Assembly (NCBI GenBank): GCA_046563655.1
Contig: CM102284.1
Span: 1,116,001-1,180,000 of the forward strand
Direction: 5' to 3'
Source: Yuukianura sp. NJ FZ-2021
Lineage: Eukaryota
DNA length: 64,000 nucleotides
Shown here: piece after piece, positions 1 through 13,155 of the stretch
Numbering within the stretch: position 1 is the stretch's first letter
Layout of the letters: the number at the start of each line of letters is the position of its first letter
Translations under genes and position numbers: made by a program
The notes under the pieces: generated by a model
What the model saw: the letters and a program-made list of their open reading frames with translations, nothing else
Told to the model about the DNA's origin: nothing
Database searches by the model: none

Positions 1-545
1 CGACCAGCCGCTGTCGGACCCACTTCCCTTGCACGTTGACATGCCTAAGCACACAGAATTACTTTTACTTGGTCAAATCGTAACCCTGATGTGTTTGGAC
101 ATCGGGCTTTACAGAAGACGGGATAATCCTAAGAATATGTTAACATCATACCTGCATTTTCACTTCTGGAGTGGATTCATATTGTTTGTATTTTCGTTTT
201 GTCGATTTGGGACTTGGAGTACCAGCAAAAGATTTATCTGGAACAGCACAAATCAACTCGTTAGGTTCAATTCGCAAGAGTAACAACATTCCATATGCAA
301 AATAACGCTCACTTGGGCTAACACGAGTGACTCCAACTTGGACATGTTCGGATTTCTGATAGCTCTCAACCACACTCTCAAAATCAGGATCTGTTGATTA
401 ATTTCAAAGAAAGTGTGAATTAGTTCTAATTTTTTTTAGTAAATGGAACTGAAACAGTTTGGACATAGACTTTCACGGCGTTTCGCCTCTGCCGAAACCA
501 ACTCCGCTAAATTTTCTGAGTTTGAGTCGGAGCCGGATCGCCATT
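1..545 (-). CDS. Partial multi-exon gene with Brinker-type/HTH DNA-binding domain (paralog of 1266-2602); runs off the window edge
   Basis: Manual splicing: exon ...KRKYKQYESTPEVKMQ|gtatga joins cttag|ACQRAREVGPTAAGR (44-1). This matches YKKQ|VCRRAKKIGPTAAGR of the neighbouring gene, with the same intron position. The 5' end is uncertain. Confidence 0.6.
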
Positions 546-749
546 TTTGTGTAAGAAAAATCTGTTTGTCCTGTCGCTTAAATTTATTTAATGCAATGAA
601 AGTAATTTGAAAACAAGTTTTAATAACTAAAAGTGTAACATTACTGAGAAAATGTTAGTAGAAAATATCCACTGTATAATTTAGAACTCGCTTAACCCCG
701 AAGCTTTTTTTTCAACTAACGTTATTTGTTTGAACTGTCCGACGTTGCA

Positions 750-1109
750 CTACTTGGTTTTATAATAGTTTATCAGCAACCAAGAATGTCTTGCTTTCAA
801 GTGCCGTCCCAAATTAGAAGTAGATCCATCCTTCTTTCTTTTAATTCTGGAACTGCATAGAATAATGAAATGAACCAAATTAGAAGGATGTTGACATTTC
901 AGCGAAAAAAAATTAAATACTTACCGGCAGTACTTGCATTGGTACAGCTCCTTTTCATTTATGTAAACGAAATGTGAAATGAAGATTGATTTTGCCGTTA
1001 CCCTCAATGTACTAGTATGTTCTTTCGTAGAAACTGGCACTTCCGAATCCGATGAACTAGCCTCATCCTCACTAGTGGCAATTACTTGAACGTTGTTTTC
1101 TGATGCCAT
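750..1109 (-). CDS. Small (95 aa) BED zinc-finger protein, 2 exons (1109-925, 852-750)
   Basis: GT-AG splicing gives SIFISHFVYINEKELYQCKYCRSRIKRKKDGSTSNLGRHLKARH, i.e. the zf-BED pattern Cx2C...GSTSNLxRHLxxxH. Confidence 0.8.
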
Positions 1110-1265
1110 TACATTAAATTATGTCACAAGCAAACACAATTCGAGTTAAAATGAAAAAGTGATAATTAGGGTCTTTAAGCTCTTTTACACTTTAAAGAGT
1201 CAATTTTAAAGAGTCAGAGCCGGAAACGGAATCAAAGGAGCTGGTGAGGCGAGAGCCGTGAAAGT

Positions 1266-2602
1266 CTAGTTTGGAGATAAAAGTGAGCAGTTTACAAACT
1301 GCTGACTTTGACTTGTCAGTCTTGGCGTGTTAGCACGGCGAGAATGACTACTAAACTTACCATCAATTTCTGGCGATTCAAACTCGATTCCGTTCTCCAC
1401 TAATCTTCTTGTCCAACCTCGGACGGTACTTTCTGGAAGATTGAATTCTCGTCCAGCAGCAGTCGGCCCAATTTTCTTGGCTCGGCGACAAACCTTATAG
1501 AAAACAAAAGTCAAAGATCAACGTAGTGACCACTGCTCGACTTCAAAGTTAGCAGGAAGTTCGGTGCTGCTTATTTTACCTGCTTTTTATATTCCAAATC
1601 TGTAGGCCTTCCTTTCCGGCCGAAAGAGTTTACAGCTAAACAAGTTAAAAACTTTAGAATTCAATCAAACCAGTTTGGGTTTTAAAACAGTCATGGCAAA
1701 ACTGTTTTTCCACAAGCGCAAGTGGGAACCTTACCTCTTTGTACTTTAACGTCCTGTTTATCCGCTACGTCAGCGCTACGTTTTGACTGTCCAGGCTTCG
1801 ATGGTTTGCGTGTCAAGTCATCTTTCTCCCGTTTAACAAGAAAGGAAATTCGGGAAGATGGAGAGCGAGATTTTTTAAGAGAAGTTAATCCATCACCGTT
1901 GTTCCTGACCACCGTCGCGAGATCTGCGGCCATAACCAATATTTTAAGTAACGATAAGTATACTTACTTAAAATATGTAATTTCACCACATGTTTGAAAT
2001 CATTGTTGACGCTTTTTTAGTCTTACGTGCACTGACGTCGAGTGGGTCCATATCGCCCTCATCTTCATAACTATCGTCGCCAGTCATTTCGTTAAAATTT
2101 AGTCTGTTTGTGTAGTTTCGCTGCTTGACTTTCACAGTTCTCATGCTGCTGTTATCCGAAGCTTTCCTCTTCGAGTTATGTTCACGCGGAGGGGTGCCTG
2201 AAATTAGACAGAACGATATTAGTTGTCACCGTGTCTTCAACTCGTACTAATTACATTACCGGTAACGGCAGATCCAATGCTCCAGTACCGCTGACTATCC
2301 AGAGCTTCGGCAACAGCCGTCTGAATGAGCTGTCGATACTTGTCGTGCTCTGGTTCCCGGTCAACGTCTCTCAACTTCCTTTTGATTAACCTCAGTTCGG
2401 ATCGTAGTGCTCCCACCTCTTCTTCTAAGCTTTTCAGACGACGTTTCAACCCCTTCATTTCCGCACTTGAACTGGCATGATTTGAGTTGCGTGAATTGCC
2501 CGCTACTGGCTCATTGTCATCGTCGTACTCCTCTTCCTGGTCGTAGCTTGATGGTGATTGGATAGTAGTGATTCCTTCCATGAAGTGCTCAAACGTTTCC
2601 AT
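1266..2602 (-). CDS. Coiled-coil plus C-terminal Brinker-type HTH DNA-binding protein, 5 coding exons
   Basis: Four GT-AG introns join the frames consistently (phases 1,1,1,0). Coiled coil LKRRLKSLEEEVGALRSEL; HTH GRKGRPTDLEYKKQVCRRAKKIGPTAAGREFNLPESTVRGW. Confidence 0.75.
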
Positions 2603-2787
2603 TTTGATTTATTCACCAACTTGTACCATACGCAAGAACAGCAAAGTGGCTACCCTCCTCCGTTCCCTCTGAAAAACAATACAACACGATTAATCAATAA
2701 TTTAATTAAGTAACTGATTCGGTGTCAATTAAAGTTCTGTATCAATCGTACCTGGTTAGTAATTGCACGCTTAAAAGTCAAAGTTTA

Positions 2788-3462
2788 GGTTGAGGTAAAC
2801 TTTAACGGAACTCATTGTAGCCGCATAGTGTAGCCGCCGGCGGCCATCTTGAGTGGCTACAATGGGTGGCTACGCTTGAGCGGCAACATTTGTAGCCGCC
2901 CGTGGGGAATTTTGCCTTGTAGCCACCATATTGTAGCCGCACATGCTAAATAATGCTGGCAACACTGTTTAAGAATTTAAGATGACCTAACCTATAGACG
3001 CAAGCGAACTTTAAACAGCCTAACCTACAGACGAAATCAGTATTGCGAACTTTAAAAACCTAACTCCGCGCCTTCGGCGCGGGAAAATATAACAGGATTA
3101 GAATTTACTGAATCAAAAAGTAAACGTTGCCAATCTAAATGTTTTTTGCTGCATCATTCAGAGAATTCACTTTTATTTTTCCGCGCCGAAGGCGCGGCGT
3201 TAGGTTAGGTTAGTACTTGACAATAGCGATTAGATTCGAGGTTCTCGTTTAGATTATTGTATCTCGAGACCAAATTCTAAAACATTGTTGCCAGCATTAT
3301 TTAGCATATGCGGCTACAATTGGGTGGCGACAAGGGAAATTTTCTCACCAGCGGCTACAAATGTTGCCGCTCAAGCGTAGCCACCCATTGTAGCCACTCA
3401 AGATGGCCGCCGGCGGCTACACTGTGCGGCTACAATGAGTTCCGTTAAAGTTTACCTCAACC
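2788..3462. mobile_element. Non-autonomous foldback/MITE element (Mutator- or Merlin-like), 675 bp
   Basis: ~190-bp imperfect TIRs (GGTTGAGGTAAAC...GTTTACCTCAACC) rich in TGTAGCC repeats, an inner inverted pair CCGCGCCTTCGGCGCGG, and an 8-bp TSD AAAGTTTA at 2780-2787 and 3463-3470. Confidence 0.9.
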
Positions 3463-5645
3463 AAAGTTTATTATCGTTTCAAAAAAAAATTCCAAAATTT
3501 TATGTTTGCTATTTTGAAGGTTTGGTTCTACCTCCACGGTTGGTTTTCTGTGCCTCACTCAGCTTAATCACACGGTCATGCAGATATGTGCATCTGAAAC
3601 AGTGGTGGACACTACCTATAGTTGCATGAAATATGGAGGGAGAATGACCTTGTGTTTTGATATGCTGACCTTTGACCTTATTTTTATAATCAGAAAAATA
3701 CTTTTCAATGTAAGCTCACTTTTGTTAAACTCCAACCTCTTGTATTCCCTTTTGTATGTAGGTACATTAAAAGTGCGGTAAAATATTAGCAACATGAGCT
3801 TTACTTCCGAAAAAAATGTCGTTCGCAAATCTTCTAACAAATATTCTTCCGGTGTATTTTTTTCACATTAGAAAAAGTTAAAAATTGAAAAAGTACTTGT
3901 CAAAATGTATACAAAAGTTGTATTTCTATAAATTACGGAATTACTTATGTATTTAATTAATTTAAATTACTTAGTCTTGAATCCTGCCAACTATGGTACA
4001 ATATTCAGCGCTTCTGAAATTCGTTGGCGTTTATACGAGTTTTCTTTGTTCAAAATTTGATTTAAAAATGAACATCATAGATTCTACTTTAACAATTTTT
4101 TTTTAGTCTGAATAAGAGACATTTACTGTTATCTTGCAATGCACAAATTTCGCACATTCTAAAAAACTCTTTTCCGTTAGCCTTTTTCAGTAGGGTGTTT
4201 AAGTGTCCAAAATAGAAAGAGCAAAAGGTTTTAATTTTTCACAAACCCGAACTGCAAAACGAAAATATTAATCCGTCTGAGGTATATCGAAGGGCGTTGG
4301 CCCTTGAACCCTCAGCTGAGGGTTTTAAAGCGCCCACTTTTTTTTAAAGTAAGTAAATGCATAGAATTAGGAAGGAAGCTGAAGGGATTCTTCGATTCTT
4401 CCCATTGGAATGTAATCCCAAGTTCCTTGTTCCTTCTTCAAAATATTTGGAAGGGAACAAGAAACCTTGCTTTTGAGGAACTTCAACTCCCCTTGGACTT
4501 TTTCGCTGTTTAGAACATGCGCGACAAATTGCAAAATACAAAACTCAAATTAACTGGCAAAATACAAAATACGTTTTGAAAATTGTAAAATGCACTAACA
4601 TAAATATCCGATAAGTCCTCTCAACGATAAGTCCCTCAGCGCCATAAACAAAATCAGTTAATTGTGTAGCCATAAAAGTTCTCTACAAAAAATGTCCTAT
4701 TTATTACTTTGTCAAGTGAGTTTATTTACATTATAAATTTCGGTGCTAAATTATAGTTTAGCATTCATGTTTGAGAAATAGGCGTGTTGTGACCATGAGC
4801 GTGTGAAAATTTCGGATTTTGCATGAGAAACTTTAATTTTTTTTGTTTAGCCTTCCAAATCCAAATTGGTTATATGTCAATTTAATGTGTATAACCACAT
4901 AGTGCATAAGGAAATTGCACATGCAACAAAAACTACATGACTTTGTAAATCATAAATTTCCTTAAATTTTGGAAAATTTACTTCACCTTGACCTACTACA
5001 TTGTTTCTAAATTTGCCAATTTTGGCAACGTGCAAATTTAATCAAAGTTCAGGCACTTTGCTAACTACTCAGTACATAAAGTTATGGGAATCTAAAGTAA
5101 CCTAATCAATGCTCATGCTTCTATCAACTGCATCATTAAATATCACGTGTAAAGCTTGATCCACAAATACCAAATCTACAACGGTAACAACCCATGTACA
5201 AAATGCCGTAAAAGTTTTGTACGAATCCAATAATCGTAAGTCCTATTTTGTATTTAGAATTTTGCATTTGCAAAAAAAATTGTATTCTTCCGCTCGTGCA
5301 GGTACCTCACTTTTCGAAGTGGATGGTTTTTCTTTCCTGACTACACCCGGATTTAAAAACCTTTGTTTTTAGAAAAATTTTCACAAAATTCTTGGAAGGT
5401 CAAAAAAATTTAACTGTTCATCTCCCTTCCTTCCGAATTCCATTTGAACAGTTTTTTTTTAAAAAGGTTGCAAAAAAAGTTCAAAAATGGACAATGCTGG
5501 TATATTTTTTGAAGACCCGGGAGGTCAGTTCTTGTTCTTGGTCAGAAAAGTTCGAAGTGTTTGAACTTTTCGGTATTCGTGGTACCGCAGTACCGATTTT
5601 TGCTGTGAGGTATTTAGATACCCAATCTGACGTGATACCGTCACA

Positions 5646-6889
5646 ATGGCTTCCAGAAGTTCCAAATTTGTGAGTTGTATTGAAGAGATGGAGGCTACCG
5701 AAGAAGTTTTAAGGCGGAAGTGGCAGCAAATTCAAACTTCGGGATCGTCCAGGTCAAAGTCATCAATTGAAAAGTTGCTAATTAAGTTAAGGGATCGACA
5801 GTGCATAACTTCTGCGGCACTTCAAGCCCTCGACTCTTATGGAAGACTGAAGGGAGAGGTAAATTTTGAAAAACTAAGATCTCCGAAATTTTTGAATTTA
5901 TGAAATTTCATGTTTTCATTCTGGTTTTTAGCGTTCGGACTTTCGCGGAAGGCGGGAAGCTGTTCTAAACGCTTTTCAAAATTGGTTAAAGCATGTTGAG
6001 CAAGAAAGTAACGGCGGGAGCGGAAGTGAACCGGAAATGGATCGTGATGAGCAAGAAGTCATGCGCGAGTACGCCGAATTTCGAAAACTTAGTCAAACTT
6101 TTGCTAAAAAGTGGACCACCATTCGGAAGTCGGATGTAAGCACCAACAGATTTTTAAAAAACCTTTCTTTCTTTTTTTTGGAAAATTTTCGAAACTTCAA
6201 TATTACCGATTCAAAAGCGGTACATCAAAGCTTAGTTTGCAAATTTTGTAACCTAAGATTTGATTTACCGCTAAAACGTTTAGGCATTAAAGTTTTGAGC
6301 CGGTTTTCTTTTATCAAATATTTTCCAAAATTTTGAAAAATTTAAACTTGGAATTTTTGTTTAGAAAAAAGTTGCGAAGGAACTAAAGGGCCTCAACTCG
6401 TGTTTCATGTCGTTCAACCCGCAGACGCTAAGTTCAATGAAAGATGAGCGCATGGCAGGTCTCAAGTGGCCAACAACGCAGTGTAAACGGTAAAATTTTC
6501 AAAATTTCATCATTTTCGACAACTTTTCACGTCGTTTTTAGGAAATAAAAAGTTTTTGATTTCAACATTTTGCTTCCATTTTTGTAGACTCTCTGCCACA
6601 GTAGAGCTAGCTTTCGAGCATATCAAATTTATGACCAAACTACTGAACAACATTGACGACAAACTGGAGAGCTTGGAAGTATTTTTCAGACTGAATCAGT
6701 CAAGTATTGTAAGTCCTTATAATAATATATTTTATAAATAATCATATAAGTAATTATAATTATATATAACTTAATTATAAAACACATTTTATTTAAATTA
6801 AAAAGGAATTAGGCAGTCGGGATGGTGCTGAAGTTACGGTATCTGAAGAAGAATTTTCTGACCCAGAAGAGGATATGGAAGAAGACTAG
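5646..6889 (+). CDS. Uncharacterised helical/coiled-coil protein with acidic C-terminus, ~5 exons
   Basis: ORF segments at 5646, 5932, 6365, 6588 and ~6807 join in frame through GT-AG sites and end ...EEDMEED*. No family recognised. Confidence 0.6.
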
Positions 6890-7301
6890 AATTCAGTTTT
6901 TAGTTAGTTAATTAATTTTAGCATTTTAAAGCCAGTAGGGCTTACAGTTTAGATTAGGTAACAGAAATTTAGAATCGTAGCCTACAAGGTTTGAATTTGA
7001 CGTTTGCCTCCTTGGCATATTATTTTATACCAACGATATAACGTTAGATCTATTATTTTTAAAAGTTTCTTACGGCATTATGTTTTTACGTGCAAACAAT
7101 TAATTATGATAAACGTTTTCAAACCTTTTGAAATAAAAAAATGGATTAAGATTATGGATGAGTGATGACTAAAGGAATTAATTAGGCACTGAAAATCCTA
7201 ACCATATAATCAAACTGGTTACAAGGAGTTATTACAGTGGACAGTTACATTTGATGGTTACAGTAAGTGGCTACAACACTCAAAAACCAAGGTGGCTGAA
7301 C

Positions 7302-7545
7302 AAGAGGTTAAGCATTAAGTCTGTTTTTATATTTTTACACCCAAAATTTCAAAAATGAAAAGTCATCACGGCTGCTCTCGTTTCCTTGGAAATTTTTTAT
7401 CCGAATTTATTTTAATCATTTTTTTCCATTGCAAAATTCTAACTTTTTGCTCAAAGAAAATGATCAACAAGATCAGAGTAAAATCAGAGTAAAAAATTGT
7501 TTGCAGCGACATTTTTTCAAAACAGGACTTATTGCTTAACCTCTT
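7302..7545. repeat. Small inverted-repeat element (possible MITE)
   Basis: AAGAGGTTAAGCATTAAGTC(TGTTTT) at 7302 is inverted as (AAAACAG)GACTTATTGCTTAACCTCTT ending at 7545. No clear TSD. Confidence 0.5.
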
Positions 7546-7621
7546 AAAGCATTACAATGGTTGCTATAGCAACCTTGCTCAAAACATACCAATTCCATGG
7601 TAACTACCGGTTGGTTACAGA

Positions 7622-8398
7622 TAGGGCATGCAAGTCCGGACTTCGAGTCCGTACGCGTCCGGACTTGAAGTCCAGAATTTTGGGTCCGAAACCGGACTTT
7701 CTTTGGCCTCGAGTCCGGACTCGAAGTTGAGAATTGGGCTGTATTGGGACCAGTCTAAGCCAAAATATTTTGTGCGAAACGAACTTCTAAACGTTTTGTT
7801 TGTCGAGATTTCCTATTCCAGATTTTAATTTTTCCTCTCAAGGCTTAAGGTTTAGCGATTAACACGTTTTACGAAATTGGTTTTCATAATTTGAAGTAAA
7901 TCGTAATTTATATATGAAATTATTGTACTGGTACGATTTTAAAAGAATATGTTAGCGCGGAAACGCGGTATCACTATTCGCCGGTACTGTATCTGCGAGC
8001 GATACTTCGCTTGCAGCATTTAGACATACAATGCCAATGCGACAATTTGTGAAATAATAGCAATTAATTGATATTATAACCGGAAAAGTTTTTTTCCTTA
8101 CAGTACATTGCATGAATAGGCCAGATTCAGAAATCGTATGAAACTAATTAAATAAGTTAGCAATTTCATCACTCCCTAGCCTTGCAATTAATGAAACAAC
8201 TTGTTTAAAGACAGTCTTCACTGACTTATTACACTGAAAAATGCTTTAAAAGCATATAGCTGCATCGCAGCCTTGTAAGTGTTACGTGTTTTTGGTATGG
8301 CGAAGTTCGAGTCCGGACCCGTCCGGACTTTTCGGACTCAAGTCCGCTTGGGTTCGAAGTCCGGACTTCGAAAAAGGGGACCGGACTTCGATGCCCTA
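7622..8398. mobile_element. hAT-superfamily non-autonomous element (MITE), 777 bp
   Basis: TIRs TAGGGCAT...ATGCCCTA, subterminal GTCCGGAC repeats at both ends, and an 8-bp TSD GTTACAGA at 7614-7621 and 8399-8406. Confidence 0.92.
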
Positions 8399-8797
8399 GT
8401 TACAGAGTTTACAACGGTGTTGAATATGATTACCGTGTGTGGGTACAATGATTGCAGCTATAGTTTCCTCCAACCAAGAAAAGGATAAAACAGCTGACAC
8501 TATTTTCATTTTTGTTTCGTTTGACGTACGTAAAGGAGTTTAGATTTTGTTTTTAACTGCTGTTGTAACTTCAATTAAATCAACGTTAACTTCATTCCGA
8601 GCTACTAGCATCTCACCAACTTAGTTTCTGAAGTAAAGGAGGAGAGATGGAGGGGACGACGGGAACGGGATAATTCCAGATTCTTTCGATTGTTCGCTAA
8701 CTAGATCAATTTCAATTTGAAATTCTCAATTACCTTCCGTGTGTCGCTGGGCCATTTACGTGGCTAAATAACTTGGATTTGTACATACAAGCACATA

Positions 8798-10581
8798 ATG
8801 GGCGATGCTGTGAAGCAGCCGTCATTCTATAGTAAGTGTAGTACTTTTACTAACTACGGAGTTAATGTGAACTTTATTAATTTATTCATTCTGTTTTTTT
8901 TAGGATTTTGGCTTTCCTTTTTCCAAACGGCTGGGATACCACCTGAGTTCGATGCAGCTTATGCTAAGGCCTTTAACGACAACCGGCTTAGGCCGGACAT
9001 GATGCTGGAACTTGACAAAACTATGTTGGGGGAGATGGGTGTTATTGCAATGGGCGATAAGTTTGCCATCATTCGCCATGCTATAGCTACACATGAAGAT
9101 GTTAGTAATGCTTTTTTATTGGATTTTGGATTTTCAATTGGATTTTATATAATTCATCGTTGCCTTCCTTTTCCGTAGCTGAGAGTATCCGAAATTGAAG
9201 GGCGTCCAATTGACCTCAAAATGCTGGAAGATGGCAGCGATGACGAGGAGGAGCAGGAGCGGGAGGTTTTGACTGAATTAGCAGTAGCATGTCCTGAAAG
9301 TCCGACCGATTCAGAACCTGAGTGCCCGCCATTACCTCCTCCTCTGTCACCAACAGAAATTCCACTACCACCGTCGTCACCTCCTCCACTGCCTCCACTT
9401 CCTCCCGAGCCCGACACGCCGATAACTCCTACGGTGACATTTGTGAATACATTTAGTGAGTCGGAAGGTAGGACAAAATTAGATTTATAGAAATATATGC
9501 TTTGATTTAACATAAAGTTTGATTTTTTATTTCAGTGGTGTTTCGTAACAGGAATCAGTATAGTTACGAGTCGCTTGCTCACAAATCCTCTTCTTCTCAC
9601 ACCCAATCCACACCTCGCTGGAACACCAAGGACCTTGGACATGATGTTGGACACCGCCACTTCATAAATGAGTATTATCGCACCCATGACAAGAACTACA
9701 CAAGTGTTGCACAGGATAGCCCTTCGGATCAATCTAGCACGAGCGACAGTGAGCCTCAAGTTGGGTCAATCGCAGAGAGTCAAAGCTTACTTGGAACTTA
9801 CTACAACCCCTCACTCACATATCCTCCTTGGCTATTTACACCGAGTCACACGCAAGTTAAGAGCGAGTCTCTTCTGGAACCGTTTGGAACTTACTACAAT
9901 CCTGTGATCCAGTATGCTGCTTCCCTACTTTCACTCGACATTCCTCCACCGGAACAGCACGATCAACATTCGTATTCTATCTCCAGCGGACGAAATTCTG
10001 ACAAGGAAGGATCACCTGAACGTGTAAAACGAGTGTTTCTTTTCGATCCACCTCCGAGTCCGACGAAACGACCAGCACGAGTACCAACTCACGCTAATCC
10101 AGAAGATAAAACGGATATGTCACTCTACTTCCCTCCTATGAGTGACAAGGACATCCAAATGGAAATGGAACTCAAATCAGAAACGTAAGAAAGTCGAAAG
10201 TGATTTCTTTATGGACAGGGTTTTGATATTGTAAATTTAGAGAAGTTGGGATTTTGCGATTTTTGGACAATTGAAAAAAAAATTGACTGTTTTTGCAGAC
10301 CGATTGATGGAGAAAACGTTGGATTCAAGATGTTGGCGAAAATGGGGTGGAACAAAGGAACATCGCTTGGTCATCGCTCCGGTCTGAAGGAACCGGTATG
10401 TTCTGTGGATTTTGAAAATATTTTGAGTTATTGTGTTTTGAAAGCGTGTTTTGAATTTCAGCTTAAACTGGAAATCCGCAGAGGACGAATGGGCTTAGGA
10501 GCTAAATCAAGCATTCAAGACTTTCGAGCCAAGAAGTATGTCAAGTTTGTTTCTCCTACGAAACCGAACCGACTTACCTAA
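8798..10581 (+). CDS. Protein with N-terminal C19orf47-like SAM domain, acidic/Pro-rich linker and C-terminal G-patch domain, 6 exons
   Basis: FWLSFFQTAGIPPEFDAAYAKAFNDNRLRPDMMLELDKTMLGEMGVIAMGDKFAIIRHA resembles the C19orf47 N-terminus. IDGENVGFKMLAKMGWNKGTSLG...GLKEP|LKLEIRRGRMGLG is a G-patch. Exon phases are consistent. Confidence 0.75.
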
Positions 10582-11652
10582 ATAGTGATCACCATAATTC
10601 GAAATCTGATTAATTTTTTTGTCAGAATGTTGGCAATAGTTGTCAATACCTGCAAGTAGCATGCGTCTAATCTCTTTTTAGCTTAATATTTGCTTTAGTT
10701 TGATGTAAGACGGTATGTCGAATTTGTGCTAGGTATACGTAACACGTTATACTGCCCTTTCATATTAATTTCTGAGTTAAATTGGTTGTTTTCTTGATAC
10801 CAGAACTCCCAAAACGAAACAAACTGCTAAGCAGAACCAGGCTAACAATGTACTATTGTGTAACTACTATAAATTATTAGGTATTACGAAGCTAAATTGA
10901 AGCCAATCAATTTTACTTCGTAGCTAATTAATTGTATACCAAATTAACTAATTACTTCAGTATTAAAATGCCCGTGTCATTCTAATAATTGTAAAGTTTT
11001 ACGTTTCATTTTTTCGCAGGCCGATCTGAAGATTCAGTGGATTAGTGTGCTGAATTGCAGTATGTGGTTGACGTAAGGATGAACGTCTTTTGTAATTGCA
11101 TAGGGTAATCAATCACTCTGGCTATATTTTGTAGTTGCTGTTGCTATTTCTGAGTGGCACTTGATGTATCAGCCACTTACTCTACCCTAGACTGGCAACA
11201 TCAGTTACACATTTTGACATTTTGCAGCCACCTATTGTAGCCGTAACTTGGCTAGACTGACTGATTGGGTACACTGAAGCTCATTGAACATTACTTCAAC
11301 CAATATTTGACAATTCATGTTTAACATAAATCCTCTTCACTTTGGGTGGTTTTGTGAAATCAGTCTGATGAAGTCATACAGTAGAAGTCATTCTGATTTC
11401 AGGCAAACAATTAGAAAGCTGATTTCTCTGAACTGCAACTTTGGATAAGTGCATGTAAGTATGTTGTTTATGAAATCCATAACCTCGTTAATCTGCAATT
11501 GACTGATATGTTTTTGCAATTTGCAGATTAGATTTGGAGGGAATTACCCAATTGTTTCCACCATCTCCTTCGTCTTTCGTCATCCTCATTGCTGTTACGC
11601 CTGGCAACCGTTTCGTTCGTGCATGTCATTCAAATTCCTCATCCGCCCAATA

Positions 11653-13155
11653 ATGTCTTCTACACTCCGATCCGCTTACTACTCCCTTGGAGAACATACG
11701 TTGGCTGTTCCAGCAGCACTGTTCTCGTTGAACCGGAAACGATTGATCGACAGACTTCGATCCTCGCCAAAAACTCGAAGCACCGCGACCAATGCATTTG
11801 TACTGCTTCAAGGCGGAAGTGAAGAGACCCGATACTGCTCAGACGTCGGCCCAGTCTTTCGTCAAGAATCGTTTTTTCACTGGGCCTTTGGAGTTCTTGA
11901 ACCAGACTGCTACGGAGGAATCTGCTTGGCCAGTGGGCGTTCTTACTTGTTTGTTCCAAGACTATCAGATGAGTATGCTGTCTGGCTGGGCAGAATTCCG
12001 AAACTGGAAGAGTATCAAAAGCGGTATGAAATTGACGAAGTCCACTTTGTCGATCAGCTGACTGAGAAGTTAAGCGAAATCAAGCCCAGTTCATTGCTGA
12101 CTCTGCATGGAATCAACTCCGACAGTGGTAAGAAGTCACTTGAAGCCACTTTTGATGGAATTGGAAAATTTTCCGTGGACAACTCACTTCTACATCACGA
12201 GATTGCCGAATGTCGAGTGATTAAGACCGACATGGAACTGGAAGTACTACGTTATACCAACGAAATTTCATCCAAGGCTCACATCGAAGTCATGCGTAAG
12301 ATTCGACCAGGAATGCACGAGTACCAGTGTGAAGCGATCTTCACAAACTACTGCTACTACTATGGCGGATGTCGCCAAGTATCATACACTTGCATTTGTG
12401 CTTCCGGTGAAAATGGATCAGTCCTGCACTATGGACATGCTGCTGCCCCAAACTCCAAACTTATCAAAGACGGTGACATTTGCTCATTCGACATGGGAGC
12501 AGAGTACTATTGCTATGCATCAGACATCACATGTTCATTTCCCGCCAATGGAAAATTCACAGCTGATCAGAAAGCTGTTTACAATGCCGTTTTGGCCGCA
12601 AACCAAACGGTTTTCAAGACTATCAAACCCGGAGTTTGCTGGAAGGACTTGCATCTCTTGGCGAATCGCGTTTTGCTCACACATTTGAAAGAACATGGAC
12701 TTGTTAAGGGAACAATTGATGACATGATGGACGCAAATCTTGCAGCAACATTCCAACCGCATGGACTCGGGCATTTCATGGGCATTGATGTCCATGACGT
12801 CGGTGGATACCTTGAAGGCCATCCAGACAGGCCGTCCTTGGCTGGACTCAGGAGTTTAAGAACTGCTCGTGTGCTGGACACTGGAATGGTACTGACAATT
12901 GAGCCTGGATGCTACTTCATTGGACATCTTCTGGACAAGGCATTGAAGGATGACAAATTGAGCAAGTTTTTGGTTCCAGAAGTGATTGATCGATTCCGTG
13001 ATTTTGGCGGGATTCGAATTGAAGACAACATAACCGTGACAGCAACTGGAGCTGAACTGTTGACCAAAGTGCCAAGAACGGTGGAAGAAATTGAGGCTGT
13101 AATGGCCAAAGGGCGGGAGGAAGAAAAAGTCACAATTGTTCCGGCTAGGAAATAA
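11653..13155 (+). CDS. PEPD: Xaa-Pro dipeptidase (prolidase, peptidase M24B), intronless CDS
   Basis: [61 protein letters not shown] and GGIRIEDN metal-ligand motifs. Likely start is ATG 11653 (alternative 11623). Confidence 0.96.
   Translation: MSSTLRSAYYSLGEHTLAVPAALFSLNRKRLIDRLRSSPKTRSTATNAFVLLQGGSEETRYCSDVGPVFRQESFFHWAFGVLEPDCYGGICLASGRSYLFVPRLSDEYAVWLGRIPKLEEYQKRYEIDEVHFVDQLTEKLSEIKPSSLLTLHGINSDSGKKSLEATFDGIGKFSVDNSLLHHEIAECRVIKTDMELEVLRYTNEISSKAHIEVMRKIRPGMHEYQCEAIFTNYCYYYGGCRQVSYTCICASGENGSVLHYGHAAAPNSKLIKDGDICSFDMGAEYYCYASDITCSFPANGKFTADQKAVYNAVLAANQTVFKTIKPGVCWKDLHLLANRVLLTHLKEHGLVKGTIDDMMDANLAATFQPHGLGHFMGIDVHDVGGYLEGHPDRPSLAGLRSLRTARVLDTGMVLTIEPGCYFIGHLLDKALKDDKLSKFLVPEVIDRFRDFGGIRIEDNITVTATGAELLTKVPRTVEEIEAVMAKGREEEKVTIVPARK

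Noticed and set aside
2788-3462. CRISPR-like array or replication origin suggested by repeated TGTAGCC motifs
   Set aside because: The context is eukaryotic, spacing is irregular, and the motifs lie inside TIRs bounded by a TSD.
11521-11652. N-terminal extension of prolidase from the ORF-track TTG start
   Set aside because: The TTG lies in a splice-acceptor tract. ATG 11653 (or 11623) is more plausible.
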